Shown piece after piece: positions 24,106-31,509 of a stretch of DNA of 64,000 nucleotides (position 1 is its first letter; every line of letters starts with the position of its first letter). Source of the stretch: a virus. The stretch is taken from positions 253 through 64,252 of IMG/VR virus record IMGVR_UViG_3300029585_000027, one strand, 5' to 3'. A program made the translations under genes and the position numbers. The notes beneath the pieces were generated by a model. The model searched no databases. It saw only the letters and a list, made by a program, of their open reading frames with translations, and was not told where the DNA came from.

Positions 24106-24222
24106 TTAAACAGCGAATCCGCCGAGCATCGTGTAGAGCGACCAGCACACCGCGCCCGGGATCGAACCCAGAACAACACACTTGAGGAGCCAGGGACCGT
24201 AGTTGCGTGCGATGTTTTCCAT
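24106..24222 (-). CDS. small membrane protein (38 aa)
   Basis: MENIARNYGPWLLKCVVLGSIPGAVCWSLYTMLGGFAV. Confidence 0.45.
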   Translation of the reverse strand: MENIARNYGPWLLKCVVLGSIPGAVCWSLYTMLGGFAV

Positions 24223-24274
24223 GTTACTTGTATCGACTAGTTGCGTTGGAAACTTGAGCTGCTTGCCCTTGTTT

Positions 24275-24397
24275 TTATGCGAAGACGACGAACGCGCTAA
24301 GGGCGACACCGAACACCGTGCCGAACATGAACGTTGCACCGAAGCGAATGCGGTTGGCGTTGAAGATGGCGAAGTTGTTGTTGCGGTTGTTGCTCAT
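24275..24397 (-). CDS. small membrane protein (40 aa)
   Basis: MSNNRNNNFAIF...FMFGTVFGVALSAFVVFA, AAGG upstream. Confidence 0.45.
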   Translation of the reverse strand: MSNNRNNNFAIFNANRIRFGATFMFGTVFGVALSAFVVFA

Positions 24398-24702
24398 AAC
24401 ACTACCTTTATCGGCTAAGCATAGCTCAAACTTTAATGATGGGGAAAGAAAACGGCGAGAATCTGACGTGCCAACCATGATCTTTTGGGGTGGGGGTTTT
24501 TCAACTTGAGACGCCCCCTGTTGGCGCTGAGACACGGGGTGGCATGCTACAGCAATTCACACGCTGTATTTAGAGGATGAAACACCTAAACGGCTGGGGT
24601 ATGGGTATGTTTTTGGATATTCGTCTGGACTTTTCGCTCTTTTCTCCATATTATACTATTACGACTTAGTGTAGAAACCAACGAAACAGCTAAACTAAAC
24701 CT

Positions 24703-24981
24703 ATGAAGATCCTACCCGGCACGCAAGAGACACTAGATGGAATGAAGGGAATGGACTTCACCCCAGAGAATGGAGAAGGTGTGGTTTATCTTAAGCTGGC
24801 ATTTATCAAGCCAGATACAATGAAGGATGGGGATCCTTCCAAGTTGGTTGATGACGCCCCCGGCGTCGTGCTTTGTGGCGACCTAAGTAAAATTCGTGCG
24901 CAACTCGATAAGTGGTTTGGCGAGTCTGCGAATCAATACATTCAGGAGTCCAAACCCAAAACACCAGAAGAACGTTGGTAA
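24703..24981 (+). CDS. hypothetical protein
   Basis: 92 aa, first gene of the plus arm. Confidence 0.6.
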   Translation: MKILPGTQETLDGMKGMDFTPENGEGVVYLKLAFIKPDTMKDGDPSKLVDDAPGVVLCGDLSKIRAQLDKWFGESANQYIQESKPKTPEERW

Positions 24982-24989
24982 ACAAGAAT

Positions 24990-25250
24990 ATGGGCACATC
25001 ATTTCCTAATGGCGACAAGCCACAGAATAAGATCACAATTTCCAAGAGTAGCGGCACAACTCGTCGCGTAGATGCTGAAAGCGGCAAGGCCGATCGCAGT
25101 TTCGCTCAACCCAACCCGAACATCCCACCCCGCGAAGTAGATGCCAAGGCGCACGCCAACGTCCAAGATGAACTTGAAGCTATCAACAAGAACTCAAGAA
25201 CTGGACGTAAGCACGAGCGGGATGACAAGAGTGGTTCACAAGGCGAGTGA
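24990..25250 (+). CDS. hypothetical hydrophilic protein
   Basis: MGTSFPNGDK...; 86 aa. Confidence 0.55.
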   Translation: MGTSFPNGDKPQNKITISKSSGTTRRVDAESGKADRSFAQPNPNIPPREVDAKAHANVQDELEAINKNSRTGRKHERDDKSGSQGE

Positions 25251-25878
25251 TCACGTCGGTAGCGGGATCTACTACAATGACGTCCTTGACCTAGTTGAGA
25301 CGATCGTTTCTATGAAGAAGGGGAAGTATAACTTCCCTGGAGTAGATCCAGAGGATTTGGCGCAAGATATTCGGGTTATGTGCTGGCAGGCACTAGAAAA
25401 CAAGTTCGACCCGACCAAGCTTGGAAAATCGGTATTCCACTTTGTCGCTCGTGTAGTTGACAATGGTCTATACAACAAGTTTCGCGGTATCTACCTAGAT
25501 AACAACCCACCGTGCCTCCGATGCGAGCACTACATTAAGGACACTAAGTCCTGCGCGATTGAGGAGGTGGGTTGTGACCGCATCGTGTCATACAGACAGC
25601 GCATGGCTCAGAAGCGTGCCATTGCTGCGCCACTGAGCTACAATGCTCAACTCGATCAGGATGACAACTCTGATTACACGGCGCACGAGTCGTTGAGTGT
25701 AGGATCCACCACTGGTGTTAGTGATCTAGATGACACTCTGAGGTCTTCTCTAGATGTCGCTCTATTACCGTATTACGATCAAATGATCAATGGTAAGTCA
25801 GAAGCGGTTCCACTCCACTATCGCAGGTTGGTTCAGAAGCAGGTGAAGAGCATAATTGAAGGACAGGATGATGAGTAA
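25222..25878 (+). CDS. phage RNA polymerase sigma factor-like protein with 4-Cys insertion
   Basis: Region-2-like EDLAQDIRVMCWQAL...FDP...FHFVARVVDNGLYNKFR; CLRC...C...C insert; start uncertain. Confidence 0.65.
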   Translation: MTRVVHKASDHVGSGIYYNDVLDLVETIVSMKKGKYNFPGVDPEDLAQDIRVMCWQALENKFDPTKLGKSVFHFVARVVDNGLYNKFRGIYLDNNPPCLRCEHYIKDTKSCAIEEVGCDRIVSYRQRMAQKRAIAAPLSYNAQLDQDDNSDYTAHESLSVGSTTGVSDLDDTLRSSLDVALLPYYDQMINGKSEAVPLHYRRLVQKQVKSIIEGQDDE

Positions 25879-26644
25879 GCGTGATCAGGTATGGGCTAAC
25901 CAGTCCGCCGTCCAGCGTGGTGTCTTGCAGGCGCAAAAGCGTATTCAAGCTCGTAACAAGAAGAAACTTGACGAGCTTATCTCCAAGTCTACAAAGCTAG
26001 ACGTTGGCGACTACGACGCTGAGTTCCCGTGTAGACACACAGGATTTGTCGGGCGCGAGATTAAGGACGGCAACCGCTTTGTGTGTCGCGAATGTAACGC
26101 GCGCTTCTATCACCACCCAAGCATCTCGGACGAGACCGCCTTGGACGCCCCACCATCCCCTGATCTTCTAGTTGCCATGCAGGATTTCCGCAAGGGATTA
26201 ACTACCCTAAAGGAAGCATGTGACAAAGCAAATGAAAGTGTCAAGGACTTCCAAGATGCTATTGTAAAGCACTTCCAGCGTAACGATAACGATGGTGATG
26301 GAGAGCACCTTGATCGACGCTTAACCTCGCTTGACGTAATCGACGAAGTATTTGCGACTCCGGGTGTGCCCTCAGAGGATCTAAAGCAGATTTGGTTTGA
26401 AAGCTTCCCAGACATTACAAAGATTGAGTCCTTTCACGATGAAGCGAACATGCAGTTGGTTTTGACCTTCAGCTTCATTGATGGGACTAAACAACGCACA
26501 ATTAATACCTACGCTGAACTCGCAGCCTACACAAGCTCTGCGGTAAGAGGTAGCGGTTTCGATAAGTTCACACAGCCCATTATAAGGCAGAACTATCCAG
26601 CCAGCATCAGCAATATCATGAAGGTAAAGGGGCCAATCAAATGA
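25868..26644 (+). CDS. hypothetical protein with zinc ribbon
   Basis: CRH...CREC. Confidence 0.65.
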   Translation: MMSKRDQVWANQSAVQRGVLQAQKRIQARNKKKLDELISKSTKLDVGDYDAEFPCRHTGFVGREIKDGNRFVCRECNARFYHHPSISDETALDAPPSPDLLVAMQDFRKGLTTLKEACDKANESVKDFQDAIVKHFQRNDNDGDGEHLDRRLTSLDVIDEVFATPGVPSEDLKQIWFESFPDITKIESFHDEANMQLVLTFSFIDGTKQRTINTYAELAAYTSSAVRGSGFDKFTQPIIRQNYPASISNIMKVKGPIK

Positions 26645-27552
26645 GCACTGCACGACGTAGATGGACCCCCGACGAGAAGCGCACAGTGCTTCAGTTGTCT
26701 AACGAAGGTTGGACCCACAAGCAGATCGCCGAGAAGCTACGCCCCGGCGTGTCCTCAGCGTGGCGTTCGGTAGGTGAGATCATCCGTGACGACAGGAAGG
26801 CCAAGGAGGAGGCTGAGACGCCCGCCGTGAGCCCCAACACCGCCATGGCTCCGAGCACAGTCGCTCCCCCACCCTCGCGATCACAGGTAAAGCTCCCCCC
26901 AACAATGGACAAGTCTCTATCGGCTCGTTCCTTCATGACGATGATGGACGATGACCAGAGAAGGATTTTCATTGCAACCTATGAGGATCTTAGAGGCAAC
27001 GCCGATGAAGAATCTCTAACAAGTGCTGAAAGTGAAATGTTAATTCGTGCCGCTTACAGCAACGTGAAATATCTCAGAGCGCAATCCCTACTTCATTTGG
27101 CTGAGACCTATCTCATGGCAGAAATGGAGGGAGGGCTGACTGATTCTGACGAAGATAAGGCGAAAAAAAGGTTTGCCGGGGGAAGGGAGTCATACAAGAA
27201 AGAGGTCGAGCAATGGCACAAAGAATACATGGACTTGCTCAACGACTTGAAGCTTACACGTAAGCAACGCCTTGATAAAATCAAGGACACCCGTAACACA
27301 TTCCTCGACCTTCAACAGGAACTCACCGACAAGCTCCGTAGAGATTCGCTAGTGGAAGAGATTAAGCGTATCAACATGGCGACTGAAGATGAGTTCCGCC
27401 GTATGGCAAAGGGCGAAGTAGGTCCCGATGGACAGAAACACCCGTGGCTGGTTGGTGCCTTCGACGAATATTTGTCTGAGCCGTTAAAGCCTCAGACTGA
27501 AGAGCAGCTAGAAAATACAGAGGAAGTGGCTGATGACCAAACTGACGAGTAA
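26641..27552 (+). CDS. putative terminase small subunit / HTH DNA-binding protein
   Basis: N-terminal HTH-like WTPDEK...GWTHKQIAEKL, helical coiled coil; positioned upstream of TerL. Confidence 0.45.
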   Translation: MSTARRRWTPDEKRTVLQLSNEGWTHKQIAEKLRPGVSSAWRSVGEIIRDDRKAKEEAETPAVSPNTAMAPSTVAPPPSRSQVKLPPTMDKSLSARSFMTMMDDDQRRIFIATYEDLRGNADEESLTSAESEMLIRAAYSNVKYLRAQSLLHLAETYLMAEMEGGLTDSDEDKAKKRFAGGRESYKKEVEQWHKEYMDLLNDLKLTRKQRLDKIKDTRNTFLDLQQELTDKLRRDSLVEEIKRINMATEDEFRRMAKGEVGPDGQKHPWLVGAFDEYLSEPLKPQTEEQLENTEEVADDQTDE

Positions 27553-27635
27553 GATCTGGTGGGGCATCATCGCCTTTCTGAGTGATATGGGTGACCCAGA
27601 ATTAGCATTTCGTAACTTAGGTAGGAGAAAATTAG

Positions 27636-27965
27636 ATGAACGTTCCACATAGATGTCCCACATGTAGTGGTCGCGGCGAGATCAAGAAGAAGCGCGCCCA
27701 GGTTGGTTCTGTAGTTGTATCTCAGGATCCGCTGCGTTTTAGGTGTCACAGTTGCTACGGCACTGGCGTTGTTTGGGATACCACAGTTTCATTCCAGCCC
27801 TTCACCACCACTTGGATCAAACCAGATCAACCCAACAGCGACGGGTTCACCATTAGCAACACGTTGAAGTGTGGTAGTTGCAACTTACCCTCAAATACTC
27901 CAGCACCTCACAACTGCCAAACCCCATTGAACCACACAATGATGTTCTTTGGTCAGGAGGGGTAA
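27636..27965 (+). CDS. DnaJ-type zinc-finger protein
   Basis: CPTCSGRG and CHSCYGTG. Confidence 0.55.
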   Translation: MNVPHRCPTCSGRGEIKKKRAQVGSVVVSQDPLRFRCHSCYGTGVVWDTTVSFQPFTTTWIKPDQPNSDGFTISNTLKCGSCNLPSNTPAPHNCQTPLNHTMMFFGQEG

Positions 27966-28507
27966 TGACGCGCGCAAAATCACCATATCCGGTCAAGCCA
28001 ACGATCTTGATCGACACACGGGAAAAACCCGCCAACCGACTGTTCTCTGTTAATGAGGCGGGTGACAAGGAAGTCGCGGCCTACATTGAGCAGAAGGTTG
28101 ATGCGGGAGATTACTCCATTCTAGAGATGCCTGATCTAGTTGTCATTGAGAAGAAGCAAGATGGCAAAGAATTATACGGCAACCTGATTCTAAAGCGAGA
28201 CGTATTCATGCGCGCAGTTAACCGCATGCGTCAGTTTAAGAACAAGTATATCATCGTTCAGCAAACCTACGCCGAATTCCTAGACCCGCGCAACTGGACA
28301 TTCATTGGAAACACTGCTAGGCGCTTCCAGGCAATCGCGGCAGTAGAAAGCTGGCTGATCTCCCTCACACAGACTGAGGGCATCCACTTTATGTTTGCTG
28401 GACACAAGCACGCGCCACGCGCTGCTAAGAAGATCCTACTGAAATCATATGAGTGGGAAAGAAAACGACTAATGAAGCAAAGCAAGGAGCGAGACAGTGC
28501 AGACTGA
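27965..28507 (+). CDS. ERCC4/XPF-family nuclease
   Basis: ILIDTREK, GDYSI, VIEKK. Confidence 0.8.
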   Translation: MTRAKSPYPVKPTILIDTREKPANRLFSVNEAGDKEVAAYIEQKVDAGDYSILEMPDLVVIEKKQDGKELYGNLILKRDVFMRAVNRMRQFKNKYIIVQQTYAEFLDPRNWTFIGNTARRFQAIAAVESWLISLTQTEGIHFMFAGHKHAPRAAKKILLKSYEWERKRLMKQSKERDSAD

Positions 28508-28691
28508 TCGCTTCTTCCTAGATCAAGATAACAGTTGTCACTGGTATTTGGTTCAAGAGCAGTTCCGCAAAGAATGGGACGCTTGGACCAACCTACCAGA
28601 GGATGACGAACGATCATGGGAGGCACCGTCATTCGCAGAGCGTTTAGATGGCGGGCCACAGCAAGTTACATTCACGGACCCCAGGCAATAA
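28497..28691 (+). CDS. hypothetical protein
   Basis: 64 aa, coupled. Confidence 0.6.
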   Translation: MQTDRFFLDQDNSCHWYLVQEQFRKEWDAWTNLPEDDERSWEAPSFAERLDGGPQQVTFTDPRQ

Positions 28692-28939
28692 TGAAGAAGG
28701 TCACTGTCAACGACATAGTATCAACTCTAGCTGCCTATGACATCAAAGTCAGGGTGCAGCCAACGTTTGATCTATTTCCTGACAGAGAGTTAGACCTAAA
28801 TCACTACAGCGTTGTCTGTGGGAACGAACAAGATCAAATTCGCGTCTATCACTGGATTCAGTTCATGACGCCGCTATTCGACAATTTTAACGCTTGGGCG
28901 GTGCTGATCACTGCTATCGAGCCAACCGGAAAATACTAG
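28691..28939 (+). CDS. hypothetical protein
   Basis: TAATG coupling; 82 aa. Confidence 0.55.
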   Translation: MKKVTVNDIVSTLAAYDIKVRVQPTFDLFPDRELDLNHYSVVCGNEQDQIRVYHWIQFMTPLFDNFNAWAVLITAIEPTGKY

Positions 28940-29125
28940 ATGCCTAAGAAACCCTCTCCAAAGAAAAGACACCCTAAAGGACGAAAGGACGTATGGTGGA
29001 TTGAAGAAGAAGATGGGATTAAAGTGATAATGGAATGCACAATGGGCGGACCAATCGCTAACATCGCCAAACTTAAGTGGGCGGAGCTTGAGGCAATCTT
29101 AAAGCGTAGGGAAACAAATGGATAA
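28940..29125 (+). CDS. hypothetical protein
   Basis: 61 aa. Confidence 0.55.
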   Translation: MPKKPSPKKRHPKGRKDVWWIEEEDGIKVIMECTMGGPIANIAKLKWAELEAILKRRETNG

Positions 29126-29426
29126 AGCACTATCAACAAGAAAGGTTAAGAACTTTCGCCAGAAGATCTTTGACCTGACCAATCAAGAGTTAGAGTTACG
29201 CTCCAGAATGAAGCTACTCTATGAACAATTGGTTCTAGATGCCGGGGACTCTGAAATCGCCCTGCGTCACGCGAGGCAAGCCTACTACCAGATCCAGAAA
29301 CACCGTCTGACAAAGTTGACGGAAGAACTACTGGAATTTCACCCATTCTTCGGGGCCAACTCTATCAAGAGTCCCTTAGATGAACAAGAAGACGAAGAAG
29401 AGGATGATGATGACGGTATTGTCTAA
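29118..29426 (+). CDS. hypothetical protein
   Basis: 102 aa, coiled coil with acidic tail. Confidence 0.6.
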   Translation: MDKALSTRKVKNFRQKIFDLTNQELELRSRMKLLYEQLVLDAGDSEIALRHARQAYYQIQKHRLTKLTEELLEFHPFFGANSIKSPLDEQEDEEEDDDDGIV

Positions 29427-31440
29427 AGTTGTAACGGATAATGAGACTATCTCAGATAGCCTCTACATGCACGATCAAAAGCAGTATCCTTACATAGTGA
29501 ATCGGGTCGCGGACATTAGTCTGACAAAATTTGTTGAATTGGTTTTTCGCAATCAGTTCGGCGATCCCCTTCGATTGCTGCCTTTCCAGAGCGTCATGTT
29601 GCATACCATGTGGCATAAGAAGTTCCCCATGGTGTTAGCCTGTCGTGGTGCTGGTAAGACGTTCATGTTGGCTGTGTTCTGTATTTTGAAATGCCTGCTG
29701 GTTCCGGGGACGAAGGTTGTGATCGTTTCTGGTGGTTTCCGTCAGGCGAAGTTCACCTTCCAGTATATTGATACCCTGATTAAGGCGTCTCCAATCCTAG
29801 CCGAGACGATCCGAAAGTTCCATCCAGGTAACGACTTTGGCGTTAAGTTTGCCACCGATAAGGTGTATCTGAAGGTTGGTAACAACACCCAGATCACTGG
29901 TATTCCAGTCGGCGATGGTTCCAAGGTGCGTGGTATGCGTGCAACTACACTAGTATGTGACGAAGTTGCGTCCATCGATGACTCGGTGTTCGATACTGCG
30001 ATTGGTCCCTTCCTTTCTGTTAAGGCAGACCCGGCAGAAGCTGTTATTGCGCAAAACTTCATCAATAGGCTAAAGGAGCTAGGCGCGAATGATGAAGTGG
30101 TAAAGCTGGTCGAAGATTCACGCCGATCTAGCGGCAACCAGTTGGTGCTTTCTGGAACAGCCACATATCAATTCAATCACTTCTTCCGCCGATTTGAGGC
30201 ATATAACATCTTTGCATCCTCTGGGGGAGACCCGCAGAAGATTAAGGAAGGTCTACGTCGTCAGTCGCGAGACGGAACAATTAGTGTGTCAGATGACATG
30301 CTAGAGCGTTGGGGTAAGGTATGGCACGAGTATGCGGTGTTCGCACTACCATATTACGGCATGCCCGAGGGCTTCTTGGATGCTGACATTGTGGCGAACC
30401 ACAAGGCAATCATGGATCCCGTTATCTTTGGACACGAATATGAATGCAGATTTAGTAAAGACACAAACGGCTTCTTCCCGAGATCGATCATTGACGAAGC
30501 CTCTCCAGGCAAGGGGAATGAGGATGAATTCCATTATGAGGTGTATGGCGAGCCCGGTTTTCAGTATGTTATGGGACTCGACCCTGCTCGTTGGAACGAC
30601 AACTTCGGGTTGGTTGTTCTAAAGCTAGTTGGCACTACAGCACAGGTAGTTCATTGCGAAAGCTGGAACAAGGCCAAATGGGAAGTCAGTCTTGGTCGTA
30701 TTAAAGATGTCTTGGGACGTTTTCCAGGCATCTCCTACATCGCATGCGATAAAGGTGGTGGTGGTGACACGATTCAGGAAATGCTCGCCAGCGCGAAGTA
30801 TCTCCGAGAAGGCGAACAACCCATCATCGAGATTGAACCAACGGATGAATACAAGGCGATCCCGAACGCCCGTCGTATTCTAGAGATGGTTAACTTCCAT
30901 ACGTGGTCTGCCCCGGCTAACCACGCTATGAAGCGAGACATCATCATGAAGAACCTACTATTCCCGGGGCGGCTCGACGACGACATCGTGATGAACAATC
31001 ATGCTAAGCGTTTGATCGACGCCCCGGAATTTGATTACGATGACCAGGAGCATGTTCTATGTGCGGAGCATGTTAATGACCTGCTTTACGGAACCGAGGA
31101 CGACGAGGGTGAAGTGATTACCCTTGGCAACTACAGAGAAATGGCAGAGTTAACTAACGAACTTTGCACGATTATCCAAACGGTTACCGAAAAGGGATCT
31201 GAAACCTTCGGTCTTCAAAAGTTAAGTGACCAACCAGATGGACTAGATGTCCGTCGCCGAGACCGTTACAGTGCATTGCTGCTTGCGGCTCATGGTGCCA
31301 GGATTATCAAGGGTCACGGTCACGAGAAGGGATGGGGTAAAGCCTACGGAGGTGCCCCAAGAGACATCCTTAACAACAGTAAGGGTCCTCACGGTGGCGG
31401 TTATCGTCCAATGTATAGAAAGGGCGGCGTAGCCTTCTAG
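29404..31440 (+). CDS. terL: Terminase large subunit
   Basis: LLPFQ, Walker A ACRGAGKT, GMRA-Walker B LVCDEVA, nuclease YVMGLDPA...DNFGL, DRYSALLLA. Confidence 0.93.
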   Translation: MMMTVLSKVVTDNETISDSLYMHDQKQYPYIVNRVADISLTKFVELVFRNQFGDPLRLLPFQSVMLHTMWHKKFPMVLACRGAGKTFMLAVFCILKCLLVPGTKVVIVSGGFRQAKFTFQYIDTLIKASPILAETIRKFHPGNDFGVKFATDKVYLKVGNNTQITGIPVGDGSKVRGMRATTLVCDEVASIDDSVFDTAIGPFLSVKADPAEAVIAQNFINRLKELGANDEVVKLVEDSRRSSGNQLVLSGTATYQFNHFFRRFEAYNIFASSGGDPQKIKEGLRRQSRDGTISVSDDMLERWGKVWHEYAVFALPYYGMPEGFLDADIVANHKAIMDPVIFGHEYECRFSKDTNGFFPRSIIDEASPGKGNEDEFHYEVYGEPGFQYVMGLDPARWNDNFGLVVLKLVGTTAQVVHCESWNKAKWEVSLGRIKDVLGRFPGISYIACDKGGGGDTIQEMLASAKYLREGEQPIIEIEPTDEYKAIPNARRILEMVNFHTWSAPANHAMKRDIIMKNLLFPGRLDDDIVMNNHAKRLIDAPEFDYDDQEHVLCAEHVNDLLYGTEDDEGEVITLGNYREMAELTNELCTIIQTVTEKGSETFGLQKLSDQPDGLDVRRRDRYSALLLAAHGARIIKGHGHEKGWGKAYGGAPRDILNNSKGPHGGGYRPMYRKGGVAF

Positions 31441-31444
31441 GGTA

Positions 31445-31453
31445 TTAGTGTAT
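31445..31453 (+). promoter_or_regulatory. putative late promoter motif TTAGTGTAT
   Basis: Intergenic, upstream of portal; recurs before other late genes. Confidence 0.65.
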
Positions 31454-31509
31454 GATAGGATTGCGATCGTCCTTTTGGGCGATCACATCCGTCCACAGGA
31501 GATCATGAT

